Assembly (NCBI GenBank): GCA_973851085.1
Contig: OZ316776.1
Coordinates: 7,750,001 to 7,814,000, forward strand
Origin: Ptychomitrium polyphyllum
Lineage: Eukaryota
Direction of reading: 5' to 3'
Length of the DNA stretch: 64,000 nucleotides
The notes below the pieces were generated by a model. The model saw only the letters and a list, made by a program, of their open reading frames with translations. It was not told the DNA's origin and ran no database searches. Positions 50,750 through 64,000 of the stretch are shown in pieces. The translations under genes and the position numbers were made by a program. Every line of letters starts with the position of its first letter. The first letter of the stretch is position 1.

Positions 50750-52135
50750 AATTTCCCTTGACGCTACCTTTCTCAAATGCTAAATATGTCATAACTTCTA
50801 ATAAACTAATCCAAAGAATCTAAAATTTTAACAAAAGCTTCTTGAAATATTTAGTATGCTATATATAAATTTTGGTTGCCAAATCCTTAGTACCTTCAAA
50901 GATCCATAACTTCAAAGTTTACATTCTTCATTGCTACAGCTTCTATATCCCTATCACTTTATTACTTCATTACTCTCTTTTTATCGCAAACTCAAACTTT
51001 AAACTTTGTGTACATAATATCTATCTTATAATAAACACCTTGTCAAAAGATTAGTCTTAGAAATCTTTTCAATCATCTACAATGACCCAAATTGTGCAAC
51101 TCCAAATTCTACTGTACACTGCCTTCTAAGTCCCGGTTGCATTTTACTTTGTATCTTTTGCCCAAGAAGTCCAATGTTCACCAACTTTTGATGCCATCTT
51201 TCCAAAGTAATCAAAACCTTTCTCTCGAAATTTCACTTACAAAAGATGTTTTTACAAGAAGTTACAAATATTAAAATATATGCTCTCAGAAACTCAAGGC
51301 AGCTAACTTAACTTTACTCAAACTAAAGCCACGACCACATAATAATTCCAAATGGAGCGTCTGATGGCTTTTTAAAAAGCTTACAAAGAAATAAAGAAAA
51401 TCCAATAAAAACCAACTTAAACTAAGAAATATACTATGAAATCACACTCAAAGAAGGGCTGCTTTCTTATTCTAGTGGGAGAGGCTTAGAGAGAAGAAGA
51501 GGGCGGTGGTCAAATTGCCACATCCGCCCTTTATCACTCCACATCAGCTATATTTCTCTACATCAGACTCTAATCTCCTTTATCAAACCCTTATCTAACC
51601 ATATCTTCAAATAAAAACAACCTAAATATTTTTCTTTTCTTTTTCTTTCTTTTCTTTCCTTTGATTGAAACTTCTAGATTCCAACTACAAAAAAGATAAA
51701 ATCAATCCTCACAAATCCAAAATAAAAACTAAAAAAATTAAAAAAATTTAAAGAAAGTAGTGAAAAGATTGAAATTCAACAAGAAACAAATTAAGAATAA
51801 AACCATTGGCGAGGTAGGATCAGATACCAAGTTATGAACTTGATTGGTTGGATAAGTTCTAGCTGCTGAATTGGTCCAAGTTCGATTCTTGTCGGATTTA
51901 TTGAGTAGAACGGCAGTACTTTACTTGGTACTATTAGCAAAAATGGCAGGCAGGAAAAACTACAGTCAACAGGCCTAATCACCCTAAGCTAAGACAAGAT
52001 GCGGTTCCAGTTCCAAAATAAATAAAAATTGTGGTTTAATCTTTTTTTTTTTTTTTTCCTAATACTCTTTTTTAAATACATCAAATAACAAATACTACTC
52101 AAATTTTAAACTATACAATTAAATACATTACGACA
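50750..52135 (-). mobile_element. Truncated LTR copy, inverted relative to the LTR at 56899-58467
   Basis: Minus strand begins TGTCGTAATGTA at 52135; colinear reverse-complement similarity, e.g. 51460-52030 vs 57030-57615. The left end is approximate. Confidence 0.85.
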
Positions 52136-53470
52136 ATATTTTTTTATACTAAATATAAACAAGTCTTTTTAAATTCTAATTCCTTGACAATCAACTAGTT
52201 CTTGTAACAATTTTTCCTACTTGCAAAGGTAAAATACGAATTTGGCATTAAAAAAAAATTTCATTTTTAATAACTTTAATGATGAAAAAATTTCAATGAA
52301 ATAAGACAAGATGGATGTTCTAAAAATTAATTTGGAATTTGATGCCCTTCTCTTACATCTTCTTCTAAGAATATGTTGGTATGTGCCTTTTGAAAAATTC
52401 TACCTTAATGCATTTGCTACATGTTTAGTAGGAATATGGAATATTAGCAAATCAACAAGATATAACAAATGCATGTACCCATTTGGATTGTCATGACCAC
52501 TTAGTGAAGGTGCATCTGTATTGTAATCCTCAAATGCATGCTAAATAAATTTCAAGCAATCAGCTCCTAAAAATTCATATAATAAAATACACCAAGATTG
52601 TGATGGAGGCCAACAAAGAGTTTTTGGAAAATTCTTGCTTAAAAATTTAAATTGTAGCAAGATAAAACCACTTGGTTTTAAGATACTGTATCTTGATTTG
52701 CATAAATCTCATATTCTTACATCACCTAGAATAAAACATGAGGTTCCAATTTAAAGCAACTCTTTCAAAATTAACATTTCAAAAACCAATTTTAAAGGCT
52801 TTATAATTGACAATAAATAGGCAAATTTAGGATTGTTAAGCATCTAGACATTTGCTAGACATTCAATACTAGGCATTTAAACAAGAGTAATTTCCAAAAT
52901 TTCAACGTACTTGTTGTTGTTAATTTTTTAGATTTTATCACAAGTTTGATAAAAGATTTAAAAAAAATTAGATTGATATATCTTGGAATTTATTTGGATG
53001 GATAAAAAAATCCTTTCTTTTATTCAAAAGTACCAAGACAAACATAGTAAAGGTGAAAATTCTTCCAAGAATATATCCCTTCCAGTCGGTCATTATTGGC
53101 CCAATGACGGATTGTATAATCGTTAATCAATCAAAAACATAAATCTAAATTGTACATTCAAAAAAGTCTCTAGATTAATTTACAAGACCAAAATAAACAT
53201 TAACTCAAACTTAATAATCAATTGGTAGAGAAAAAAGTTGTCAAAAATTGATGCAAAAAAATCTATTAATAAGGCGGAAAAGATACAACCAAGTATAAAA
53301 ATTTTAGAATATAAAACTTTACATAATAAGACCATGTGTTGTATTTAAAATAGTTCTTGTTTAAATAATTTTAAATTAAACCAAATATATTTATACAACT
53401 AAATCTAATCCTAACTACTGCCAATTACCGAGTTGTCAAAATTGAACCGCCTTGATTAAAAGAGGGTCAT

Positions 53471-53861
53471 TATTAGAGACAAAAGAAATAAGAAGTTAAA
53501 TGCAAAGTGGCTTCTAAGAATTAGCCTCCTTAAGGCCAATGATTAACAAGAAATAATACAAATAATAGAGAAAGGACACAATACAAATATTCCACAACTG
53601 GTGTTGGCAAGACTAAGGTTTATCTTGTTTTGCTTGTTGTTTATATTATGAAACTTGTATTTCTTAGGATACTTCTAAAGAAGCGCCCTATAAAGCTTTA
53701 AAAATTATATGTTTTAAAAATTAATGAAACCTTCCTAAGAAGTTTTTTAAAGAAGTGGAATGTTTATGGAAGCATTGAAAGGATTTTAAGATTCTATTAC
53801 AAGGTACTAGAAGGTTCTAGAAGAATCTAAAGATAATGTTGTGTAATCTATATCTGTGACA
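53471..53861 (-). mobile_element. Older, shorter solo LTR of the 46016/63138 family
   Basis: tattagagacaaaagaaataagaag...tatctgtgaca matches tgttagggacaaaagaaacaagaag...gtccgtgaca. It sits inside a segment homologous to 41580-41670. Confidence 0.75.
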
Positions 53862-54034
53862 GGTAACAATTAAAGGTGTCAATTGATAATTCATTTTTTA
53901 ACAAAATAAATTTAATCTATGCTATAGAAGAAAAAAGTTTTGCACTTTGTACAATTTTTATCTTTTCTAAGGTCATTTCAACATCTACAAGCTTTAAAAA
54001 ACTCTCTTGTATTTTTTAATCTTACATTACTTAT

Positions 54035-56898
54035 TGTCACGAACATACATATTGAAGCATCTAGAAAGGTTTTAGAAAAATTAGAAAAACTAAGGAAGCT
54101 TCTAAGGAAGTTATCTTGACTTGAGAAGCTTCCAAAGAGTTAGTTTGATTGAGGAAGCTTCCAAGGAAGCAACTCAAGGTTGTTTGAATATGAAGCAATG
54201 TATTAGAAGCTTTTCAAAAAGCTTATAAGGCTTGTAATTCTAATGTATATAGGAGCCAAGGCTGAAGGAATCTTCAGTCTCAACAACACATCTTTTAAAG
54301 GTCTAACTTAGACCTTCTGTCCCTATCTTTGTACCTTGTTATAGCTCTCTACTTCTAATATACCTTGAATATATCTTGAAATGTTCCATATCTTAAAATG
54401 TTGAAACTTTGTCTTGTCGTTACTCTATGTATAACCGTTTGTTGAGACTATCATACAATAATATCATAGCTTGGTCTTTCTTGATAGAGAGCAAAACACC
54501 CCTCTTTTTTAAAGGTACTATTGCCCACTCGAGGTTGCGAATTATCCTCTTCTAGATTGATATTGCCTCCTAAATTTTCCTTAGTTTTTTGTATATTTAG
54601 CATTTTCTATTTTTCCTTCATGCCAGAAGGTGAAGAGGTCAATATGACTGATTTAAAAGAGACCAAGTTAGACTCCATTATCAATGCCTTTAAAGCATTG
54701 AAGATTAAGATTGAGATTTTATCCAAGCAAAATGAAGAATTTTATTTGACCATACATATTGGTTTAGGAGCAAAAGCACCCTAGTTTCTACTCCATATCA
54801 TCCTAAGTGCTTCATTGTTTAAATTTGCTTTAGTAAAAGACGCACATATTCAAGCTGGCAATTCAATGTTGATAGCCAAAGAACCAAGAATCAGCCTCCC
54901 AGAGGAGTTTGACGGTATATGTTCAAAATTTTGAGGCTTTGTAAATCAAGTTCAACTTTTTACCTTGCTCTAGCCTCAACAATATTCCACAGACGCTTCA
55001 CAGGTTGATTTGGTCAAAACATTGCTCTCAAGACAAGCATTGTCTTAGTTTGCACTACTTTTTGAGTAGAATTTTTCCATATTTAGCAACTTTAATGCAT
55101 TCCTAGCCGCGTTTACAAAAGTATTTGGTGACCATGAGAAGCTCCATTCTGCAACCACTGAGATTTGCGCCTTGCACCAAGGGCACATTTGATGTCAATT
55201 TATGCATCAAAATTTTGACAACTTGCATGCAATATCAGTTGGAAAAAAGAAGTGTTAATGAATCACTTTCATTAGGACATACGTGACAAGATTAAGGATT
55301 TGTTGCTATCCATGCAAGACCCTCAGACACTTGATAAGGCCATTACTTAAGGCAAGATAAACAAGCTTTGATTGCAACGCAACCATGTACCAACTTTTCA
55401 ATAGCCTTGGCCCTCTCCACTTTTAATAAATATTTAGGAGCGGAAGCCATGCATATTGATGCAGTCCACTTCAAGCCCCTTATAAAATATGAGAAGAAGC
55501 GATAAAGAGAGCAAAGGTTGTGTTTGTATTGTGGAAAATCTGATCACAAGCTTGATAATTGCCCAAAGAGACCTCTATATACATATTGGATGAAGGATAC
55601 AATCACAATGCCAAATGCTTTGCAATAAAACAAGGACTTCTAGCCATAATAGGAACCATACGGCTAGATTTGTTTTGTTTGCAAGAAAAAAAAGTCTTGT
55701 CTTTTTAGCCCATCTTTCTTCTTATTTTACTTTACCTAATTTTTTAAGTGTTCAAAAGCTCAAAAGCCTTGCTCTTAGAGATGTAGATGCCTTTGTTTGT
55801 TTTATTGATAAAGAATTTTTGAAAATTCATAAATTTTTCTTTATTAAAAAGGCCAAACCGGTCCATGTAGAAATTTTAGATGGCCAATTTTTATCCTATA
55901 GGGATGTTATTCATAAGATCAATCCATTAAAAGAAACTTTAAACAACCATGGTATCCAAGTAATGTTTAATGTCATTAAATCTCCTTCTAGTCCCATCAT
56001 TCTAGAGATCTTTTGATTGAAAAAGTATAACCTGCACATAGATTGGACATCTTGTAAAATAGAATTTTCAACACTAAAACTTGTAGCTACCAAGCCTAGA
56101 GAGGAAGTTCATATAGTTGGCAAGTCTAAAACCATAAAACCTTTCTTTATTGGAACTAAAGCATTTATGAGGGCAATAAAAGATGGTGCTTCTTTTGCTG
56201 TGTAAGCAACTCCAATATTCACAAATGTGGTTTTATCATCAATCATTCTAGGAAAATATAAAGAATTCTAAGATATATTTGAAAAAAATGCAAATTTTCT
56301 ATCAAAACATTGTATCAACAATTATGCCATTGACCTCCAAGATGGTGCTGAGCCATCATTTGGACCTATTTATAACTTGTTCCAAAAAAAACTTTTGAAA
56401 TTAAAAAAGTATATTGATGAAAATTTAGCCAAGAACTTCATTTGACATTAAAAGACTCTTATTGGTGCTCCGATATTTTTTATAAAGAAGAAAGATGGAT
56501 CTTTACAAATGCATGTTGATTATTGCGGCTTCAACAAAGTAAAATTAAAGAATCAATATCCATTGCCACTGATATTTGAACTTCTTGATCAACTTGGCTA
56601 AGCAAAGATCTATACCAAAATAGACTTGCAAAAGAGCCTATAATTTGGTGTACATAAAAGAAAGAGACAAATGAAAGATGGCATTTTGAACAAGGTATGA
56701 ACATTTTGAATACAATGTCATGCCTTTTGGACTTACTAATGAGCCTGCCATTTTTTGACATCAGATGGATGATATATTTTGAAGGTACCTTGATGATTTT
56801 ATTGTATGCTATTTGGATGATGTCTTGATCTATTGAAAGAATCCAAAAGAATATGAACAACATGTTTGCATAGTCCTACAAAAGTTACAAGATATTAG
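54035..56898 (+). mobile_element. Degenerate Ty3/gypsy retrotransposon, chromovirus (Tcn1-like): 5' LTR, gag, protease, partial RT; cut by a later insertion
   Basis: LTR starts TGTCACGAAC at 54035 and ends ~54452. Gag EPRISLPEEFDG..SKF (~54880); zinc knuckle CLYCGKSDHKLDNC (~55520); decayed protease site ALRDVDAFVCFID (~55770); [22 protein letters not shown] (~56464) and CYLDDVLIY (~56807); stops and frameshifts throughout. Confidence 0.88.
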
Positions 56899-59800
56899 GG
56901 TCGTGATGTAATTAGCTATACAGATTAAAACTTGACTAGTATTTGTTATTTTGTATATTTTAAATTATTGTATTTGGAAGATAGTATTACAAAAAAAAAA
57001 TAATTAGATTAAAAAGGCCATGGTGAATCTACAATTTTATTTATCTTGGAGGTGGAACAGCACCTTGTCTTAGCTGAGGGTGAATAGGCCGGTTGACTAT
57101 AGTATTTTCTTGTTTATCATTCTTGCTAGTAGTACCAAGTCAAGTACTGCCGTTCTACTCAATAAATTCAACAAAAATCAAACTTGGACCGGTTCAGCAG
57201 TTGGAATTTATCTAATTAACCAAATTCTTGACTTGGTATTTGATCCTACCTCGATAATGGTATTATTCTTAACTTGTTTTTTGTTGAACTTCAATTTTTT
57301 TCCTACTTTCTTTCATTTATTTTAGTTTTTAGTTCTTATTTTAGATTTGTGAGAGTTGATTTAGTTTTCATTTGTAGTTGGAACCTAGAAATTTCAACCA
57401 AAGGAAAGAAAAGAAAGAAAAGCAAAAGAAAAAGATTTAGGTTGTTTTTTATTTGAAGATATGGTTAGATAAGGGTTTGATAAAGGAGATTAGGAGCTGA
57501 TGTAGAGAGATGTAGCTGATGTGGAGTGATAAGGGGCGGATGTGGCAGTTTGACCACCGCCCTCTTCTTCTCTCTTGGCTTCTCCCACGAGAATAAGAAG
57601 GCAGCCCTTCCTTAGGTGATAATGGATGGCAAACTTCTTATTTTGAGTTGATTTTTGTTGGATTTTTTTTCTTTGTTTGTTGGCTTTTTAGAATGCCATA
57701 ACAAGCTCCATTTGGAGTTGTCATGTGACTATAACACTAGTTTGAATAAAGTTGAACCAACTGCCTTGAGTTTTGAAAGCAACAGCTTTGAGTGCTTATA
57801 AATTCTATAGAAATGATTTTTGAAGATGAAATTTTGAGGGTAGTATTTTGGCTACTTCAAAATGACAGTATAAAATGTCTGAAGAAAAAGGAATTTTGTA
57901 GTAGGAGTTGTATGGGAATATGTAACTGGGTTTTAGAAGGTTGTATAAAACAGGGTTAGGATTATATATTTTGGCTATAAAAGAAGATATGAAAGGTTTC
58001 TAAGGTTGCTGTTTTGATGAAATGTTTATTAAAATATAGATTGTGTGTATATAAATTTTGGAATCTAGGCTCATGGTAGAAAAGAAGTCATAAGGTGATA
58101 AAATGTGGGGGATGAGGTGAGAAAGATGAGAGCTTTGATTGCATGGTTCTCAAAGAATATAGCAGCTATGGTTATGAAACTTTAAGTGTAGTTTTTTACA
58201 TGCCTTTAAAACATATTACTATAATATTAGGATCATTGAATTTTGGAATTAGGAAATATGGACAAATTTGTAAGCAAGATTTCAAGGTCAGTATATAGTT
58301 ATGGTTTGGATTTGGATTGTGAACTTTACAAAGTATGTAAAGTATGATAAAAAAAACTTTTGCACATAATTAACTTCAATTATAACATTGTCTTATCAAA
58401 TTATTAAGGAATTAGTAGCAACTAGAGGCCCGGTGTTTTCTTAAAGCAAGGCTCTTTCTTTACAACATATTATTGCATCCATTGAGAGCGCTTTGAGGCA
58501 CTAATTTATCAATTTGAAAGGATGGAGGATTTAGGAATTGGGACTGGGGTGCCAAGGGGAGTGAGTTCAAATGATTTGTTCAAGGCATTTGCATAGTTCA
58601 TGGAAGAGTGTTAATTAGCACAAGTAAATGATACGGGCACTGCAAAAGCCTTACAAGCAATGGTGGACAGGACAGGGAGGTTTGATGGAAAGTACATCAC
58701 CAAGTTTTTGAGGGTTTTCATATGCAAGATGGAGGTTCATCAAGTTACAAAGGCATGGATGATTTCTCAATTTGATTTGGCTATAATTCCTGAGATTAGA
58801 AAGAAGGTTAGAGAATTACACTAAAGAGAGATTTCTTGGGGCAGATTTGTGGAGAGGCTAAAGGATGAGTGCTTTGAAAGAGATTTTGAGAGAATGACCA
58901 AGAGGTCATTTTTAGATTGGATAGATTAGAGGCTTGGAGCACAATTAGGCCCAAATTAGCTTATCAGTGAGTTTAAAAGGAAGTTTGGACAATGATCAAG
59001 GAATGAGAAACAATTGCTTGAGACTAGGAAAACAAAGTTATTCTTACAATCAATAAGTGAAGAATTGGGAGACAAGTTATTGTTCCATTTGGCAGATAAG
59101 ACTTCTAAAAATGGATTTATAAATGACTAGAGGATGGTGAAAGAGGTAGTGGGAATCCTTGCTAAGCAAGAGAAGTTAAAGATCCATGATCTTTCCTTAC
59201 GATTTGAACCAAGGACCACAACTCAAGTTCTTGCATCAATACAAAAGATGGGTAAAGCTAATCATGATGAGGCATTGGAGGAATTCATCAAAAATATTAA
59301 GGATTTGAAGGTTGAAGTAATTGAATTGAAGAGGGCACAAAAGCCTAGTTCATCAAAGGCAATAGAAGAGTCAAGAAGATTTGTAGAAAGATATATGTGA
59401 TGTGATGGTATTGATCACAAGCGTGGAGAGTGTGAGAGCTATAAGGCTACACTTAGAGAGGGTGTTGTATTGTTTAAAGAAAGGAGGATAAGGCTCTCAA
59501 GCTCTAATGAACCTCTGAGGACTAATTTTGGAAAAAGGAAGGATGAAGAGATTGGTTGAAAATCAAATGGGCAAGGGTGGTACAACACATAAGAGAGAAG
59601 CAGAGTTTTATTGTATAACAATAGAGCAAAGAGCAATCAAAGCTATTTTTTTACTACCAACAAAGGCTATGAAGAGAGGAGTTGAAGCCATAAGAAAGAA
59701 GACAAGTTGGGAAGATCCGGTTGATGCAAATAATATAAAAGCATTTTTCGGTGAGAAAAATGAAGATCCATATGATGTTGTGGTTGAGGAAAAGAAATGT

Positions 59801-62800
59801 AGGGCTTTACAAGAAGAGGTTAACAAAGAACAAAGATGGTATTCAAGGACAATCTACAGAAAAAGCACATTATACAGCTTTGCTAAAGGAGTGGTGGGAG
59901 AAGAACAAGAAAGAGGAGAAAGCAAAGCAAGCCAAAGATAAACCTCCAACTTACAAGTTGCAATTTAATATTAAAACTTCTACTGATATGAAGAGTATCT
60001 TAGAAGAGAAGATTTTGGATGCCAAAATTGAGATTACACTTTGAGAGGCTCCTCGTATAACTAAAAAAGACTTCTATGAACTAATCATTGATGTTATAAA
60101 GAAGAAGAGGCAGATGATAGCTGAAACTTTTATGATAGAAGCTTTGAATACTAGATTGACTTATGATGAAGAAGAGGAGATTGGGTAGGTATTTGCACAT
60201 TGTGCAATGCCAAGAGTCAAGGAAAGACATGTGAATAGTGATAATAGGCCATAAAAGTGTTTCAAAAACAAGAAGCACAAGTGATAATGAATATGAAGTA
60301 AAAAGAGGAAACTATTTAGTTTCATATTGGGCAAAGGCAACCACTGAGATACAAATGAAGCTAGGTGATTCCAAAGATACAGTACTTGCCTTGGTTGATC
60401 ATGGCTCAAAAATCAACATCATGTCTAGGAAGGTGTATGAGAAAGGCAAATGGCCATTTAATATCAACCACGGTTGAGTGATAAGATCGGCTAATAATCA
60501 ACAAGGTGATCTCTATGGAGCTTGTCTAGCAGCAAAGACTAGCATTGGAGATGTAGAAGTGGAGCAGAATTTCTTTGTGTAGAACTTTGCAACATATTTG
60601 GTAATATTTGGCCAATCTTACATTACAGCTGCTAGGATGGAAACTAGAGTTTTGGATGATGGTTCTCATTATGCCAGGATTTGTAGTAGTAATGGAAAGA
60701 AGGCTGTGCAGTTCCTCACTGTTCATGAGAGACATAAGGACCAATTGAGAGAATTGCATGTAGATAAAGAAAATAGGTTCTTGAATTTTTAGAAAGCACC
60801 TCTGTAAAATGGGGGCACAAGGGTGCAAATAGGAAGTTTAAAAATTCCAAAATAAATAGTTTGGAGTGTGGATTTTTGGATTTGAGTGTTGATGGTTTTG
60901 TGAGTTTTCAAAGAGTTGAGAATTTAGGTTCATTAGATAGAAAGAAAGTGAGGAAATAAGAGAAAAAGCTTAAAAAGATGGGATTGATCTTGAGTGAAGA
61001 AGAAGTTGAAGGAGTAGTAGAAGAAGCAGGATTAGACCATGGTTTGGTACAAAATGTGGAAAAAGTATCAATGAATGAAGACGGTGAAGTAGTAGTAGAG
61101 CTTCATCCAAGAGTAGCTTATATGGAATTTAAGGAGGTAGTTACAAACTTTGGATTTGCTACAAGTTATGGGTTGAGGCATGAGGCTATGGTGCAGACCA
61201 AATATAAATCTATAGCTAAGAAGGTGAAGCCAATAGCTACTCAATTACCACCTGATACTATAAAGCACATCAATCAAGCACTTAAAGAATCAAGATTGAA
61301 AGAAAGGCAAAAAACTGGGCATCAATTCACTAAGGAGTCATTGGCTAAGTTGAAGATTGGAGAGGGTGACTTTCTAATAACACTACAGAAAAAGATGTTT
61401 CAAGATATGTTCATCAAACATGGTAAGGCATTTGCCTTAATTCCTGATGAGATTGGTTGTATAGATCCTAGTGTTGTGGTACCAATGGTAATCTTCACAT
61501 TGCCACATGTTCCATGGGATTTGAAGCCTATTCCAGTGCCAAGAACTTTACTTCCTAAATTGATAGAGTTATTAAAAGAAAGGGTAAATATGGGAATTTT
61601 AGAGCCTTCAATTGTTCCATACTCTAATAGGTGGTTTATAGTGTTTAAGAAATCAGGGGCCTTAAGGTTCATTCAAGATATGCAACTAGCAAACAAGGTA
61701 ACCATTAGAAATATGAGATTAGGGTTGTAGTAGATGAAGTAGTTGAGCAATTTGCAGGCCATGCCATCTATTCTATTAGAGACTTGTATTTAGGATATGA
61801 TCAATTTCAATTGGTTGAAGGAAGTAGAAATCATACTATTATGAAAACTCCTTTATGTTTTATGAGAATGTGCACCTTATTTCAAGGTGCAACTGACTGA
61901 CTCAGTGGCTCATATGCAAAATGCCATGAACCAAATACTGAAGGAGTTCATACCTAAGAAGACCATTCCATTCTTGAATAATACACCTATGAAAGGCTGC
62001 AAAGTGGAAGATAAAGATGAAACCATTGGTGCAGATGGATGCAAAGAGTTTGTTACAAGACATATTGAAGATGTGACCCAAATATTGGAGAAGCTTATCT
62101 CAGTCCATCTAACATTATCTTTAGAGAAATCAAACTTTGGAGTTAGAGACATTTTAGTGATAAGGCACATGTGTGGCATTTATGGTAGAAAACCAAACCT
62201 AGATAAGATTGATGCTATTGCTAGAATGAAATCATGCAACAGTGTCATAGAAGTTAGAAGGTTTTCAGGTGCATGTGTATTTTATCATATGTGGGTGCCT
62301 CATTTTGCCCACATTTTAGAGCCACTATATCAATTGTTGAGGAAAGGCAAGAAATTTATTTGAATGGAAGAACATGAAGAGTCCATGAAGAGTTTGAAGA
62401 AAATTTTGAATTCTCCACTTGTCCTTAAACAAGTGGATTATCAGGATGGAAAGCTAGTGGTTGTGACAATGGATACAAGTCCAATAGCAATTGAATGAGT
62501 TGTTGGACAAGATGATGAGGAAGGCAAGAAATTTGTCATACGGTTTGAAACAAGGACTTTTATAGATTGGCAAAGGACTTATCCACAAGTTAAAATAGAG
62601 CTTTAGAGAGCACTCATTGCTATTAAGGCTAAAAGAAATCACTTAATTGGAGCCAATGTGGTTTTGGAAATAGACTCTTTATTTCTACTTGGTATGATAA
62701 CCAATTGCTCTATTTCAAAAATTGCCATGTTAAGGTAGATAGCCTTTATTTAAACATTTAATTCTATTCTAAGTTACATTACTGGCAAAGAAAATTTAAT

Positions 62801-63137
62801 AGAAGATATGTTGTCTAGAGCCAAGTATAATGGTGGAGAAGAAATGATGGCTTATGAGAAGGGTGAAGACCAAAAAGAAAATATGTATGGATATTCCTTT
62901 GCTACTAATGGAGTGCAATTTGGAAATGAGGTCCAAAATTTCAAAGAAGGTCTTTATGAGGATAGACTGAAGGATATTAGAATGTATTTAAGCACAGGAA
63001 AGAAACAATTGGGCTAGATAGAAAAAGCTTTTAAAGACATCAGACATCAGTCTTAATATTTACCTTCTTAGAGATGGATTGCTTTGGAAAAGACTAAAAA
63101 AAAGTGATAAGTTCCATTGAGGGTAGTAGATGACCTT
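56899..63137 (+). mobile_element. Degenerate large-LTR Ty3/gypsy retrotransposon (probably non-chromoviral): ~1.57-kb 5' LTR, gag, protease, RT, RNase H; interrupted at 63138
   Basis: LTR 56899-58467 ends ttacaaca. Gag from ATG 58522 (GRFDGKYITKFL); decayed CCHC knuckle ~59392-59433; protease LALVDHGSKINIMS (~60385); RT GILEPSIVPYSNRWFIVFKKSGALRFIQDMQ (~61590-61685) and decayed FLDD motif (FLNNTPMKG); RNase H VVTMDTSPIAI (~62460). Confidence 0.9.
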
Positions 63138-64000
63138 TGTTAGGGACAAAAGAAACAAGAAGCAGAAACGAAGTGTTTCTCAAGAATTAGCTTCCAAAGA
63201 GCTAATGATTAACAAGAACTTTGATACAAAGACTAGAACAAGGCAAGATTCAAGATGATCCACAACTTGTGTTGGCAAGACTAAGCAATACCTTGTCTTG
63301 CCTCCTATTTATACTATGACGTTTGTATCTCCTAGGATACTTCTAAAAAAGCTTCCTACAAGGCTTAAGAATGTTCTGAAAGTCTAAGGAACCTTCCCAA
63401 GAAGTTTCCAAAGATGTTGGAACCTTCCTAAGAAGCTTCCAAGGAATTGGGACCTTCTTTGGAAGCTTCCAAGGAGTTGGAATCTTCCTTGGAAGTTTCC
63501 TAAGGTAGCGGAACCTTCTTAGGAAGTTTCATAAGGTGATGGAACCTTCCTAGGAAGTTTTCTAAGGTGATGGAACCTTCATAGGAAGTTTCCTAAGGTG
63601 CAGGAACTTTCCTAGGAAGTTTCCTAAGAACATGGAAAAGATTATGGAGACATCTAAAAGTATTCTAAGAAGCTATTATAGTATACTAGAAGGTTCTAGA
63701 TTGTTCTAAGGACTATGTTGCATGATCTATGTCCGTGACATCACCTCCCCATTTAGCGACGAGTTCCATGAGGAGCTTTTTCTTGGCTTGCTCATCACAT
63801 TTCCACAAATTCCAAAATTTGTTGAAGGAGTGAAGCAACATACTCTGCTTGTTGTTCTTTGTTCACTGGTTCAACTGGTCCTTGCAAGAAGCATCAATGA
63901 CCACCAGCCAAGACTTTTGTTGTTGAAATGTCCCATTTCAAGATCTGATCTTGATTAAGTCCTTCAAAACATCCTCCAAACAAGATTTCGGATCCTCCAG
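63138..64000 (-). mobile_element. 3' end of a younger gypsy element: 3' LTR 63740-63138, PPT and upstream internal sequence running out of the window
   Basis: Minus strand reads ...KAPHGTRR* then tggggaggtga (PPT) and TGTCACGGAC...GTCCCTAACA (603 bp), closely similar to solo LTR 46016-46629. Confidence 0.9.

Overview
Eukaryotic plant nuclear DNA, most likely a moss of the Physcomitrium patens type. This is inferred from the intron style, the decayed Ty3/gypsy families and the strong CpG/CHG depletion, not from a database match. The left half (~3-32 kb) has CpG-retaining gene islands separated by very AT-rich decayed repeat DNA. It holds a 5-exon minus-strand gene for an uncharacterised coiled-coil protein with acidic repeats (~574 aa, one probable GC-AG intron) and a 3-exon secreted Pollen Ole e 1 + PDF1-like (FOCL1-like) gene (309 aa). 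It also holds an RPW8/CC-R-like gene with no NB-LRR, broken by a 25-bp tandem duplication, several gene-like islands without long ORFs, and a 43-bp palindrome-bearing minisatellite. The right half (~32-64 kb) is a retrotransposon graveyard: solo LTRs (one with a perfect TGGAA target-site duplication), inverted LTR pairs, and a three-level nest of gypsy elements. No CRISPR array, rRNA or tRNA gene was recognised. The most interesting items are the broken stand-alone RPW8-like gene, the CpG-protected cores inside otherwise decayed LTRs, and the ORF-less or sORF gene islands.
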